DNA of 63,697 nt, filler included, from Actinomycetota bacterium (GCA_009886115.1; 6 parts of 6 records of this genome joined end to end with filler, not necessarily neighbours in it); one strand, 5' to 3'. Counted from the whole stretch's first letter, positions 29,412-39,645 are shown. Numbers and translations are program-made. The notes: a model not told the origin generated them from the letters alone.

Positions 29412-31256
29412 TCAGCGGCCGGCGCCATCGACGGTGGTCTCGAGACCGGAGAGGTCGTCTCGGTCGCGCCACTCACGCAAGATGCCGAAGAAGGCCTGGG
29501 CACCGCCGCCGTAGTTGCCACCGAACCAGCCCGGGCCTTCTCCGGGCCGTCCCTCATTGTTGTAGTACCCGGGTGTGCACTCGTGCTGGAACGACGCCCG
29601 GCCCTCCATCGAGGTCTCGATCGTCTGGATCCAACCCTGCTCGGCCGCCTCGGTCGGTTCGACCGTCGCCAACCCCCGCTGCAACGCCTCGCCGATCAGG
29701 TAGGCGACGTGCTGGCTCTGCTCGTTGTACAGCTCGGTGAAATTCGGGCTCACCCCCGATTGGATACCGCCCATGAACAAGCAGTTGGGAAACCCGCGGC
29801 TGATCAGCCCGTGGAACGTGGCGACCCGTCGGCCCCACTTCTCGCTGAGCGTCACGCCATCGCGCCCGTGGATCTCGCAGCCCGCTCGACGGCTGTATTC
29901 GGTGCCCACCTCGAAGCCGGTCGCGAAGATCAGGCAGTCGAGCGGGTGCTCGACGCCAGCCGCGACGACGCCGAGCTCGGTGATTCGTTCGACACCGGCA
30001 CCTCGGGTGTCGACCAGCGTGACGTTCCGGCGGTTGAACGTCGCCAGGAAGTCGTCGTGGAAGCACGGCCGCTTGCAGAACTGCCGGTACCAGGGCTTCA
30101 GCGACGCGGCCGTCGCGGGGTCGCGCACCACCTCGTCGACCCGGCCGCGAATCTGCTCCATCTTGGCGAAGTCGGCCAGCTCGATCTGGGTGGCGATCTC
30201 GGCCGGGGTCAGCGCGCTCCCGCTGCGATCGGCCAGTCCGGAGAGGTTGCGGAGGATCTCGGTCCAGCCGTCGCTCACGAGGTCGACGTCCTGGTGACCG
30301 CCGGTCACGATGATGCCGAAGTTCTCGATCCGCTCCTGCTGCCATCCGGGCTCGAGCGAGGCAGCCCATGCCGGATCGGTCGGACGGTTCCCGCGGGCGT
30401 CGATCGACGACGGTGTGCGCTGGAAGACGACCAGCTCGTTCGCCCACGCTCCCAAGTGCGGGATGCACTGCACGGCAGTCGCGCCCGTGCCGATGATGCC
30501 GACCCGCTTGTCGACCAACCGCGTCAAGTTCCCGCGGGTGTCGCCGCCGGTGTAGGCGTAGTCCCAGCGGCTGGTGTGGAACATGTGACCGCCGTACGTC
30601 TCGATCCCCGAGATGCCGGGCAGCTTCGGTCGGCTGAGCGGGCCGATCGCCATGATCACGAACCGGGCGGTCATGCGATCGTCGCGATCGGTCGAGATCG
30701 ACCACCTCGCCGCATCGTCGTCCCACGACAGCGCGGTCACCCGGGTCTGGAAACAGGCGTCCCGATACAGGTCGAAGTGCCGGCCCAGACGCTGGCTGTG
30801 CTCGAAGATCTCGGGCCCGTACGAGTACTTCTCCTTGGGCATGGAGCCGAGCTCCTCCAGCAACGGGAGATAGATGTACGACTCGATGTCGCACTGGGCA
30901 CCGGGGTAACGGTTCCAGTACCAGGTGCCCCCGAAGTCGGCGCCGGTCTCGATGATCCGGATCCGATCGACGCCGCGCTGGCGCAGGCGGGCACCGGCGA
31001 GGAGACCGCTGAAGCCGCCACCCACGATGGCCACCTCGATGTCGTCGCTCAGCGGCGGCCGGCCTGGCCTCGCCTCCACGAACGGGTCGTCGAGGAAACG
31101 CGAGAACGTGCCCGTCGCCTCCCGGTACTGGTTGTTGCCGTCGGCCCGCAGCCGCTTGTCACGTTCCTGGCGGTACTTCGCCCGGAGCGCGTCGGGGTCG
31201 AACGTGATGTGCCTGCCAGCCCGGTCATCGCCCATCCGGCCCGTCTCCTCGCTCAT
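29412..31256 (-). CDS. Baeyer-Villiger type flavin monooxygenase
   Basis: GGGFSG, GGTWYWNRYPG, YGGHMFHTSRWDY, IGTGATA and ATGF motifs. Confidence 0.95.
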   Translation of the reverse strand: MSEETGRMGDDRAGRHITFDPDALRAKYRQERDKRLRADGNNQYREATGTFSRFLDDPFVEARPGRPPLSDDIEVAIVGGGFSGLLAGARLRQRGVDRIRIIETGADFGGTWYWNRYPGAQCDIESYIYLPLLEELGSMPKEKYSYGPEIFEHSQRLGRHFDLYRDACFQTRVTALSWDDDAARWSISTDRDDRMTARFVIMAIGPLSRPKLPGISGIETYGGHMFHTSRWDYAYTGGDTRGNLTRLVDKRVGIIGTGATAVQCIPHLGAWANELVVFQRTPSSIDARGNRPTDPAWAASLEPGWQQERIENFGIIVTGGHQDVDLVSDGWTEILRNLSGLADRSGSALTPAEIATQIELADFAKMEQIRGRVDEVVRDPATAASLKPWYRQFCKRPCFHDDFLATFNRRNVTLVDTRGAGVERITELGVVAAGVEHPLDCLIFATGFEVGTEYSRRAGCEIHGRDGVTLSEKWGRRVATFHGLISRGFPNCLFMGGIQSGVSPNFTELYNEQSQHVAYLIGEALQRGLATVEPTEAAEQGWIQTIETSMEGRASFQHECTPGYYNNEGRPGEGPGWFGGNYGGGAQAFFGILREWRDRDDLSGLETTVDGAGR

Positions 31257-31284
31257 TGGTGCGACCTGCCTGCGCGGCGCTCCC

Positions 31285-31749
31285 TCACCTCGAATTCGCG
31301 GTGGCGTTCTCCCACATGGCGATCAGCGAGTCGATCGTCACCGTCGAGATGACGCGCCCGTCGTCGCCGACGATCTCATAGAGGCGACCATCGACGCTGT
31401 GATGGCTGAAGAACACCACCGCACCTTCAGGCCCACCTCGCTCGAGATGCGGGTACGGATCACCAGTGGTGAGATGGTGCTCACCCGCCCTGCGCATCTT
31501 GTGCACGCGCTCTCCGTCGGGACGGAGCTCGTCGAGGTGCTGCTCTCCCTCGAGGACGAGCACCGATGTCGTGGTGACGTGACGGTGCGCCTGACAATGC
31601 CCGCCACGATCGTCGAAGCGGATGAGCAGATCGATGGTCCCGGCGTCGCGGTCGTAGCCGAGGATGCACAGATCGTGGTGGATCGGGTACGAGCTCTCGG
31701 CGTTCCCCGTGATCTCGAGCCAGGCGAACTTCTGGGAGTCGAGCTTCAT
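31285..31749 (-). CDS. cupin-like hypothetical protein
   Basis: HRH...VLVLEGEQH...HLERGG. GAAAGG RBS before ATG 31749. Confidence 0.7.
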   Translation of the reverse strand: MKLDSQKFAWLEITGNAESSYPIHHDLCILGYDRDAGTIDLLIRFDDRGGHCQAHRHVTTTSVLVLEGEQHLDELRPDGERVHKMRRAGEHHLTTGDPYPHLERGGPEGAVVFFSHHSVDGRLYEIVGDDGRVISTVTIDSLIAMWENATANSR

Positions 31750-32164
31750 GGAAGGCCTTTCTGTCGGAGTGCCTCCGATGTCGACGACGTCGCTCATGCA
31801 GTCCCTCGTCCGTGATCGTTGGATCGGCTGTTCGGCGCCCGGAGGGAACCGGCCGCCCGCCGGACGGTAACGAGCGGCCGAGCCGCCCGTCAACGCGTGA
31901 GGCCTCACGCCCGTGGGTGCACGCCGGGAGATCCGGGCGGTCTTCACCTTGCCCGGCAACCGACGAGTCACCGTTGCACCGTTGCATCCTCTCGCCGCGT
32001 GGCGCGGTCCGTTCTCTCGAATGTCCCGTTGAAGATCGACGCGTCGGAGGACGCCGCGAGCCGGACCGGGCCGGTCCCGCTCGATCTCGGGCGGTCTGAT
32101 TAGAGTTCGAAGCTCGCGTTGGATGACACCCGGGCCCGCTGTGTGCCCAGGGAAGGGACCAGAC

Positions 32165-33079
32165 ATGAGACGCACGGCGTTCACAGCTGTACTGTTGGGC
32201 ATCGCATTCGTGGCTGCGGCGTGCGGCGACGACGATGACGATGCCGCCACGCCGGCCAGCTCGACCCAGACCACGGTCGACGCCGGGGCCACGACGGCGG
32301 CGGCCAGCACCGGTGCCGACGCTGGTGGGTGCGCCGTCGACCAGTTGGCGTTGAAGACACCGGGCACCCTCACCGTGGCCACGGGTGAGCCGGTGTTCCC
32401 GCCGTGGATGGTTGACGATGATCCCACGAACCAGCAGGGCTTCGAGAGCGCGCTGGTGTATGCGCTCGCCGGGCAGATGGGCTTCACCGCCGACCAGGTG
32501 GTGTGGGTGCGAACCGGGTTCGACGAGGCCATCGCCCCTGGGCCCAAGGACTTCGACTTCAACGTCCAGCAGTATTCGATCTCGCCCGATCGCGACGAGG
32601 TCGTCGACTTCTCCGACGGGTACTACACCGTCGAGCAAGCGCTCATCGCCGCAGCCGATGCCGACATCGCCTCGGCCGCGTCGCTGGCCGAGCTCAAGGA
32701 CGCCCAGCTGGGCGCGGCGGTGGGCACGACCAGCCTCGAGTACATCGACACGGTCATCCAACCCGACAGTGACGCGCTCGTCTTCGACGACAACGCCGCG
32801 GCCAAGTCGTCGTTCGACGCCGGCCAGGTCGACGGCATCGTGTTCGACCTCCCCACCGCATACTTCATCACCGCAGTCGAGATCCCGGAGGCCTCGATCG
32901 TGGGCGTCCTGCCCCGGGTGGGCGACGCCGAGGAGCTGGGCCTCCTGTTCGAGGACGGCAACCCGTTGGTGGCGTGCGTGAACGAGGCGCTCGCCGCCAT
33001 CAAGGCCGACGGATCGCTCGACGCCATCGAAGAGCTATGGCTGAGCCAGGGCGGCGACATCCCCACGCTGACCGAGTGA
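32165..33079 (+). CDS. polar amino acid ABC transporter substrate-binding lipoprotein
   Basis: Lipobox AAAC, plus LTVAT...FPPW, GFE and VDFSDGYY motifs. Confidence 0.92.
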   Translation: MRRTAFTAVLLGIAFVAAACGDDDDDAATPASSTQTTVDAGATTAAASTGADAGGCAVDQLALKTPGTLTVATGEPVFPPWMVDDDPTNQQGFESALVYALAGQMGFTADQVVWVRTGFDEAIAPGPKDFDFNVQQYSISPDRDEVVDFSDGYYTVEQALIAAADADIASAASLAELKDAQLGAAVGTTSLEYIDTVIQPDSDALVFDDNAAAKSSFDAGQVDGIVFDLPTAYFITAVEIPEASIVGVLPRVGDAEELGLLFEDGNPLVACVNEALAAIKADGSLDAIEELWLSQGGDIPTLTE

Positions 33080-33948
33080 CCGTGTCCGGCGGTGTCCCCA
33101 TGGGGCCACCCCGTGACACCAACCGACGATCGGCCGCGCGCGCCCTGCTCCGAGAGGAGGGCGCGCGTGGCGCGTTGGTGGCCTTCGCCAGCACGGTCAC
33201 CCTCTTCGCCGTCGTCGTGGTCCTCGTGGCCACGAGCGACAACTGGCCGAAGGTGCGCAAGCAGTACTTCTCCGTCGACGACTTTCGGACCGTGTTCCCG
33301 TCCATCCGCAAGGGATTCTGGCTCGACATCAAGATGTTCGTCTACGCGGCGCCCTCGGTGCTCGTGGTGTCGCTGGTGATCGCGGTGTTGCGGAGCTTGC
33401 GGGGAGCGGTGTTCTTTCCGCTGCGTCTGCTCAGCGTGGTGTTCATCGACCTGTTCCGCGGGATACCCGTCTATCTCGTGATCCTCCTTCTGGGCTTCGG
33501 GGTTCCCGCCCTCGACATCGGTGGGGTGCCGCGCAGCGCCGTGTTCTGGGGCGTTACCGCCATGGTGCTCTCGTACTCGGCGTACACGGCCGAGGTGTTT
33601 CGATCCGGGATCGAGTCGGTGCACGACAGCCAGCGCTCGGCGGCGCGGGCGTTGGGGCTCACGCAATGGCAGTCGTTGCGCTTCGCCGTGTTGCCCCAAG
33701 CGGTCCGCAACGTCATCCCGGCTCTGCTCAGCACCTTGGTGAGCCTGCAAAAGGACGTCGCCCTCATCGGCGTGCTCGGCATTCGTGAGGCGGTGAAGGC
33801 CGCCGACGTGTACAAGGGCAACACGTTCAACTACACGGGCTACATCGCCGCCGCGTTCTTGTTCCTGCTCATCAGCGTGCCCCTGGCCCGTTTCGCCGAC
33901 TGGTACACGGGCCGGGAGCGGGCGCGACGATCGCAGGCGTTGGCATGA
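33076..33948 (+). CDS. amino acid ABC transporter permease
   Basis: FRGIP, SAYTAEVFRSGI, ARALGL and LPQA motifs. Start uncertain. Confidence 0.92.
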   Translation: MTVSGGVPMGPPRDTNRRSAARALLREEGARGALVAFASTVTLFAVVVVLVATSDNWPKVRKQYFSVDDFRTVFPSIRKGFWLDIKMFVYAAPSVLVVSLVIAVLRSLRGAVFFPLRLLSVVFIDLFRGIPVYLVILLLGFGVPALDIGGVPRSAVFWGVTAMVLSYSAYTAEVFRSGIESVHDSQRSAARALGLTQWQSLRFAVLPQAVRNVIPALLSTLVSLQKDVALIGVLGIREAVKAADVYKGNTFNYTGYIAAAFLFLLISVPLARFADWYTGRERARRSQALA

Positions 33949-34697
33949 GCGTCCCCCCGAAGCTCGCGATTCGTGAGGTGCACAAGGCGTTCGGCGCCAC
34001 CCGGGTGCTCGACGGGGTGTCGCTCGAGGTGACCGAGCACGAGGTGGTGTGCCTCATCGGATCCTCGGGAAGCGGGAAGTCGACTCTCCTGCGGTGCGTG
34101 AACCTGCTCGAGATCGTCGACTCGGGCCAGATCGTCCTCGACGGTCACGAGATCACCGGCCCCGGCGTGAACGCCAATGATGTCCGCAAGCGCATCGGCA
34201 TCGTGTTCCAGTCGTTCAACCTGTTCCGGCACATGACCCTGCTCGACAACGTCACCCTGGGGCCGCGTCGGGTCCGCAAGGTCCCCAAGGCTCAGGCCGA
34301 GAGCAGGGCCATGGAGCTGCTCGCCCGCTTCGGCTTGGCCGACAAGGCCCGCGAGTATCCCGACCGGCTCTCGGGCGGCCAGCAACAGCGCGGTGCCATC
34401 GTGCGAGCGCTGATCGGCGATCCCGAGCTGCTACTCCTCGACGAGATCACCTCGGCCCTCGACCCCGAGCTCGTCGGTGAGGTGCTCGGCGTGATCCGCG
34501 AGCTCGCCGCCGGGGGCATGACCATGGTGCTGGCCACCCACGAGATGGGCTTCGCGCGCGATGTCGCGACCACCGTGGCCTTCCTCGACGGGGGCCGGGT
34601 CCTCGAGGCGGGCCCGCCAGCTCAGCTCCTGTCCGACCCGCAGCACGACCGCACCCGCCGTTTCCTGGCCCGCGTCATCGAAGCTGGTCGCCTGTAA
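33945..34697 (+). CDS. amino acid ABC transporter ATP-binding protein
   Basis: GSSGSGKS, LSGGQQQR, LLLDEITSALDPE and THEMGFA motifs. Confidence 0.95.
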   Translation: MSVPPKLAIREVHKAFGATRVLDGVSLEVTEHEVVCLIGSSGSGKSTLLRCVNLLEIVDSGQIVLDGHEITGPGVNANDVRKRIGIVFQSFNLFRHMTLLDNVTLGPRRVRKVPKAQAESRAMELLARFGLADKAREYPDRLSGGQQQRGAIVRALIGDPELLLLDEITSALDPELVGEVLGVIRELAAGGMTMVLATHEMGFARDVATTVAFLDGGRVLEAGPPAQLLSDPQHDRTRRFLARVIEAGRL

Positions 34698-34743
34698 GCG
34701 TCCGTTTCTGGCTCCCGTCGCCCGGCTCCCGTCGCCCGGCATC

Positions 34744-34782
34744 GGCGATGGCGATGGCGATGGCGATGGCGATGGCGATGGC
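34744..34782 (+). repeat. hexamer tandem repeat (GGCGAT)x6
   Basis: Read directly, between convergent genes. Confidence 0.9.
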
Positions 34783-34804
34783 AAGGAGGTCCACCGTTTC
34801 CCGT

Positions 34805-35947
34805 TCAGCGCAAGGGGCGGAAGAACTCGCGAATCTCGTGCACCAGGGCACCGGGGTTCTCCATAGCGGGAAAGTGCCCGCCGTCGTCGATGCGGGTATA
34901 GCGGTGGAGGTTGAAGTGCGGCTCGATCAGCTCCCGCGGCGGCCGGTTCATCTCGTTGAAGAGTGCGACGCCGGTCGGGACGTCGACGCGTGGGCGGGGG
35001 ATCTGCGATCCGGGCCCGAAGGTCTCGGCGTACATCCGCATCGACGGTCCGATGCACCGGGTGGCCCAGTAGATCGTGAGGACCGTGCACATCTGGTCGA
35101 TCGAAATGCGGTTCTCGAGGCGCCGCACGCCGTCGGGGCCGACGCAGTCGGTCCAGCGCCACCATTTCTCGACGAGCCACGCCGCGAGCCCGGCGGGGGA
35201 GTCGGTGAGCGCGAACGCCGGGGTCTGCGGCTTCGTCCGCTGGAGGTGCACGTAGCCCCACTCCGCGTCGCGATACGTCGCCAGCGCGTCGGCCCAGACC
35301 CGCTGTTCGGCCGTCAGTGTCGCGGCGTCGAACGGTGGGGCCACCATGTTCAGGTGGATGCCGACGAGACGCTCGGGGTGCCGCACGGCCAGCGCGGTGG
35401 TGACGGCCGATCCCCAGTCGCCGCCCTGGGATCCGAAGCGCTCGTACCCGAAAGCCGCCATCAGCTGCACCCACAGGTCGGCCACCCGGTCGATACCCGT
35501 CCCGCGCTCGGTCGGGGGCGACGAGAACGCATATCCGGGAAGCGACGGCACGACGACGTGGAAGGCGTCGGCCGGATCGCCGCCGTGGGCGCCCGGGTCG
35601 GTGAGCGGCCCCAGAACCTCGACCATCTCGACGAAGCTGCTGGGCCAGCCGTGGGTGATCACGAGTGGGAGCGGTGCCGGTCCGCGGCCGGGAACGTGGA
35701 CGCAGTGCACGTCGAGACCGTCGAGTGTCACCAGGTACTGGGGAAGCTGGTTGAGCCGGCGCTCGTGGAGGCGCCAGTCGTAGCGGTGGCGCCAATGCCG
35801 GCACAGCCCCTGGACGTATCCGAGGTCGCTGCCGTAGTCCCAGCCCGCGCCGGCGATGGTCTGGGGCCACAGGGTCGCGTCGAGCCGGCGGTGGAGGTCT
35901 TCGACAACGTCGTCGGCGACGGCGATCGTGAACGGCTGGGGCGTCAT
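34805..35947 (-). CDS. epoxide hydrolase (microsomal/EHN type)
   Basis: HGWP, VVPSLPGYAFS, QGGDWG and GGHFPAME motifs. Confidence 0.95.
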   Translation of the reverse strand: MTPQPFTIAVADDVVEDLHRRLDATLWPQTIAGAGWDYGSDLGYVQGLCRHWRHRYDWRLHERRLNQLPQYLVTLDGLDVHCVHVPGRGPAPLPLVITHGWPSSFVEMVEVLGPLTDPGAHGGDPADAFHVVVPSLPGYAFSSPPTERGTGIDRVADLWVQLMAAFGYERFGSQGGDWGSAVTTALAVRHPERLVGIHLNMVAPPFDAATLTAEQRVWADALATYRDAEWGYVHLQRTKPQTPAFALTDSPAGLAAWLVEKWWRWTDCVGPDGVRRLENRISIDQMCTVLTIYWATRCIGPSMRMYAETFGPGSQIPRPRVDVPTGVALFNEMNRPPRELIEPHFNLHRYTRIDDGGHFPAMENPGALVHEIREFFRPLR

Positions 35948-36118
35948 TGCACTCGCGCTCCTCGGGCCTCGGGCTCTGCTGGCTCACATCTTCGGTACAC
36001 CGTACGGGTTCCCGGGGCTGCCCCCCCGGCGGCGTTCCCCAGGTCGCTGGGAGGCTCCCCACGCCCGTCGTCGGGAACCGGTCCGCTGAGCCGACGACCA
36101 ACGGCGCAACCGCGATCG

Positions 36119-36340
36119 TCACGAGGGGCCAGGGAGCTCGGCCATGGTTCGATGCGCCCGCACCGCCGCCTGCACCAGCGGGACCGCCAGGCACGCCCCG
36201 GTGCCTTCTCCGATCCGAGGCGGAGGTCGAGCTCCAGCAGCGGCTCGAGCCCGAGGTGGGCAGTGCGATGGTTTGCCCCGGACCTCGGGCACCTGTTTCA
36301 GAAGGATGCCGACGAGACACGCCGGACGGCGGACGCGGGA
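36119..36340 (-). pseudogene. cobT: C-terminal remnant of nicotinate-nucleotide--dimethylbenzimidazole phosphoribosyltransferase
   Basis: HLGLEPLLELDLRLG, a 5-bp TCGGA duplication at 36209-36218, then EGTGACLAVPLVQAA...TMA, matching the CobT LRLGEGTGA signature. 5' boundary approximate. Confidence 0.75.
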
Positions 36341-36420
36341 CGGCCGTGGTGACGGCCGACCCCCCGTCGCCTCCCAGCGCGGCATCGAACGCGGTTCGGG
36401 GCCGGGCCCTTGGTTCGAGA

Positions 36421-36447
36421 ATATAGACAAGTAGATATACTGGCACG
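36421..36447 (+). promoter_or_regulatory. probable leaderless promoter with overlapping imperfect inverted repeat
   Basis: TATACT at 36436-36441 lies 6 nt before ATG 36448. ATATAGAC-AA-GTAGATAT is an AT-rich imperfect inverted repeat. Confidence 0.6.
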
Positions 36448-36780
36448 ATGGACCCCGCCACCGTGCTCCGAGATGCTCGCCGACGATCGGGGCTGACCCA
36501 GAGCGAGCTGGCCCGGCGCGCGGGCACGTCGCAGCCCGTGATCTCGGCGTACGAGCGGGGCCATCGAGATCCCACCTCGGCGACGCTCCAGCGGCTGGTC
36601 GAATCCACGGGGCATCGGCTTCGCATCGACGCCGTTCCCATTCCGACCTGCGACATCGAGCCGCCAGTCGATGTCGCTGAGCATGGGCGTCGACTCATCG
36701 AGGTGCTGGGCCTGGCCGACGCCATCCCGGCTCGACCTCGAAGCCCGGTCCTGCGAGCGCCGCGCCTCGTGTCGAGGTGA
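36448..36780 (+). CDS. XRE-family helix-turn-helix protein
   Basis: LRDARRRSGLTQSELARRAGTSQPVISAYERG. Confidence 0.9.
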   Translation: MDPATVLRDARRRSGLTQSELARRAGTSQPVISAYERGHRDPTSATLQRLVESTGHRLRIDAVPIPTCDIEPPVDVAEHGRRLIEVLGLADAIPARPRSPVLRAPRLVSR

Positions 36781-37331
36781 ACCGTTTCTCGCTCGTCGAC
36801 AAGGTGCTCGCCATCTCCGGCGCGCTCGAGATGCTCCCGCACGCGTTCGGCGGGGCGTTGGCCCTTGCGTACTACGCAGAGCCGCGATCCACGATCGACA
36901 TCGACCTGAACGTCTTCGTTCCGGTCACGGGCTTCCCGGAGGTCGCTGAGCGGCTCGGGGCTCTCGGCGTCGCCATCGGCGACCGAGGTGTTGCCGCGCT
37001 GGTCGAGCGGGACGGGCAGGCGCGCGTGCACTGGGAGTCGACGCCCATCGACCTCTTCTTCGCCTACGACCCGTTCCATGATGCTGCCGAAGCGCGGCGC
37101 CGGATGGTGCCGTTCGCCGACTCGGCGATCTCGATACTCGCCGCCGAGCATCTCGTGGTCTGCAAGGTGATCTTCAATCGCCCCAAGGACTGGGTGGACA
37201 TCGGCGCCATGCTCGACCTCTGGACGGCCATCGACGCGGCGGAAGTCTTCCGTTGGGTGGGGCGCATCGCGGGCGACGATGATCCGCGCTTCGAACGTAT
37301 CGTCGCCGTCCTCACCCACCCCGTCCGCTGA
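36777..37331 (+). CDS. nucleotidyltransferase-fold protein (AbiEii/DUF6036-like)
   Basis: GGALAL.YY..PRSTIDIDL, IDLFF and K....RPKDW.D motifs. GTGA overlap with the XRE gene. Confidence 0.82.
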   Translation: MNRFSLVDKVLAISGALEMLPHAFGGALALAYYAEPRSTIDIDLNVFVPVTGFPEVAERLGALGVAIGDRGVAALVERDGQARVHWESTPIDLFFAYDPFHDAAEARRRMVPFADSAISILAAEHLVVCKVIFNRPKDWVDIGAMLDLWTAIDAAEVFRWVGRIAGDDDPRFERIVAVLTHPVR

Positions 37332-37537
37332 GGCGGAACGCATCGGGCTCGCGGCGTTCGGGTCGCCGAGTGTGCCCTTTGGAGCCGTCGAGGGTTGGCC
37401 CATCGGCGACGCCGAGACCTTCGAGGTGGACGTCGGCGGTCGGTTGCTGGTCACTGGCTACTGATGAGTAGCTCAGAACTACCTCTGTCGTTATCGGCGC
37501 CCGGCTGCCGCTCGGCAGCTGGCTGCGGTTCTGGAGG

Positions 37538-37637
37538 NNNNNNNNNNNNNNNNNNNNNNNNNNNNNNNNNNNNNNNNNNNNTTAATTAATTAANNNNNNN
37601 NNNNNNNNNNNNNNNNNNNNNNNNNNNNNNNNNNNNN
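37538..37637. other. artificial scaffold linker
   Basis: N-TTAATTAATTAA-N. Confidence 0.99.
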
Positions 37638-37796
37638 GTCGGTCATGAGTGTCCGGGGCTCGAGCAAGCCTCGGAGAGCATCGACCGGTGCGATCGCCGC
37701 CTGTAGCGCTGCAGCGGTGCCCGGTCCGTCGGGTGGCGGCCGAGGAGTCGGCGGTAGCCTCCGGCCCGAAACCCGCCCAGCCTCCCGGAGTGCGCG

Positions 37797-38753
37797 ATGC
37801 CGGTCAGCCTCATCCCCGCAGGTCAGCTCGTGTACGGCATGCAGCTGCAGGTGCAGGCCCAGAGCGCCCACTTCATCGAGCCCTGGGAGTGGACGGCCGG
37901 AGCCGACGAGCTGGCGACCATGGCCCGCAAGGCCGACGAGGCGGGGTTCTTCTACATCGGGGTGTGCGACCACGTTGCCGTGAACACGGCCGTCCCCATG
38001 GCCCACATGGGCTCGGCGTGGTACGAGACGCTCTCGACGCTGGGGTTCCTGGCCGCGCACACCACTCGGGTCAGGTTGCTGTCGAACGTGGCGATCCTGG
38101 GATTCCGCCATCCCCTGGTGACGGCCAAGCAGTGGATCACGCTCGACAAGCTGTCGAAAGGGCGGGCGATCCTCGGGATCGGCGTGGGTTGGGCCGAGGG
38201 CGAGTACGACCTGCTCGGCGCCGACTTCGTGAACCGCGGCCGGTTGGCCAACGACGCCTTGACGGTCATCCGGGCCGTGTTCGACGAGGAGTACCCGACC
38301 GTCACGGCCGGCGAGTGGTCGCTCGACGGATCCTGGGGATTCGGCCCGCGTCCCGTCCAGGACCACATTCCGGTGTGGATCGGCGGACGGGGCAAGCCCG
38401 CGCTGCGACGGGTGGCCGAGCACGGTGACGGCTGGGTCCCCCAGGGCACACCCCTGGCCGAGCTCGCTGCCGAGATCGCCTACGTCAGGGAGCACCAGGC
38501 CCGAATCGGCCGAGAGGGCCCGCTCGACATCGGTGCGATCACCGAGGTCATGTACGTGGGAACGCCGAGCTGGGACGTGAGCGACCGTCCGACGCTCGTC
38601 GGAACACCCGAGCAGCTCGCCGAGCGGATGCGGGAGTGGAAGTCGGCGGGCGCCAACCATCTGCAGATCCGCTTCCGCAACCGGTCGGTCGAGGAGCTCT
38701 GCGACCAGATGGATGCCTGGTATGCCGGCGTCGCCCCCCTCCTCAACGATTGA
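37797..38753 (+). CDS. LLM-class F420-dependent oxidoreductase (TIGR03619-like)
   Basis: CDHV, RHPLVTAKQ, LGIGVGW..GEY and WIGG...ALRRVAEHGDGW motifs. Confidence 0.92.
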   Translation: MPVSLIPAGQLVYGMQLQVQAQSAHFIEPWEWTAGADELATMARKADEAGFFYIGVCDHVAVNTAVPMAHMGSAWYETLSTLGFLAAHTTRVRLLSNVAILGFRHPLVTAKQWITLDKLSKGRAILGIGVGWAEGEYDLLGADFVNRGRLANDALTVIRAVFDEEYPTVTAGEWSLDGSWGFGPRPVQDHIPVWIGGRGKPALRRVAEHGDGWVPQGTPLAELAAEIAYVREHQARIGREGPLDIGAITEVMYVGTPSWDVSDRPTLVGTPEQLAERMREWKSAGANHLQIRFRNRSVEELCDQMDAWYAGVAPLLND

Positions 38754-38767
38754 AAGGCTGTTCCACC

Positions 38768-39550
38768 ATGGGACTCTGTGACGCGAAGGTGGCTGTGGTC
38801 TCGGGCATCGGCCCCGGGATGGGCCGCGACATCTCGTTGGCCTTGGCCGCTGAAGGCGCCGACATCGTGATGCTGGCGCGCACCGAGGCCAAGACGCTCG
38901 AGGTCGCCGCCGAGGTGGAGGCGCTCGGACGCCGAGCCGTCCCCATCCGGTGCGACATCACGTCGCTCGACGACTGCGCGCACGTCGCCGAGGTGTGCCA
39001 CGCCGAGTTCGGACGGGTCGACGTGCTGGTGAACAACGCCTTCCACGAGGGCGACTACTCCGCTGCGATGACCGCCGACCTCGACGTGTGGCGTCAGACG
39101 ATGGAGATCAACTTCTTCGGGACGCTGCAGTTGGTACGGGCGCTCGTCCCGCTGATGAAGCCCACGGGCGACGGGCGAATCATCAACGTGAACACGCAGT
39201 CGACGTTCCAGTACAAGGCCAATTTCGGGGCCTACGCGTCCTCGAAGAACGCCCTGCTGTCGGTGACCAAGAGCCTGGCTCGCGAGCTCGGCCCCGACGG
39301 GATTCGCGTCAACTCGATCCATCCCGGCTTCATCTGGGGCCCGTCGGTCGAGGGCTATCTCCAGCGCCAGGCCGACGCCCGGGGCGTGCCGTTCCAGCAG
39401 GTGTACGACGAGGTGGCATCCGAGACCTGCCTGAGGTACCTCCCGCACTCGTCCGAGATCGCCGGCTCGGTCGTCTTCCTCGCCTCGGCATTGTCACGCC
39501 CCGTCACCGGCCAATGGTTCGCCGTCAACTGCGGCCACGTCATCGTGTAG
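38768..39550 (+). CDS. SDR-family oxidoreductase
   Basis: SGIGPGMG, VLVNNA, YASSK and GIRVN motifs. Confidence 0.93.
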   Translation: MGLCDAKVAVVSGIGPGMGRDISLALAAEGADIVMLARTEAKTLEVAAEVEALGRRAVPIRCDITSLDDCAHVAEVCHAEFGRVDVLVNNAFHEGDYSAAMTADLDVWRQTMEINFFGTLQLVRALVPLMKPTGDGRIINVNTQSTFQYKANFGAYASSKNALLSVTKSLARELGPDGIRVNSIHPGFIWGPSVEGYLQRQADARGVPFQQVYDEVASETCLRYLPHSSEIAGSVVFLASALSRPVTGQWFAVNCGHVIV

Positions 39551-39558
39551 ATCCATCT

Positions 39559-39602
39559 TTCTTCGCGATTTCGCACCGGGGGTGCGCGAAATCGCGAGGA
39601 AA
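39559..39602. repeat. palindrome family C, copy 1
   Basis: TTCTTCGCGATTTCGCACC-GGG-GGTGCGCGAAATCGCGAGGAAA, a bulged hairpin. 43/44 identical to 40575-40618. Confidence 0.93.
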
Positions 39603-39645
39603 TCGTCAGTCGGGCGCTGCGTCGGGCCGTGCCCACCGGGCGAGA

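Noticed and set aside
34744..34782. Intergenic microsatellites here and near 27701, 42608 and 13690 as regulatory elements
   Set aside because: No evidence beyond simple slippage repeats.
34431..37454. 1007-aa minus-strand ORF, and similar long ORFs such as 28644-31352 and 39582-41795
   Set aside because: These are shadow or off-frame ORFs typical of high-GC DNA. They overlap well-supported genes and carry no recognisable motifs.
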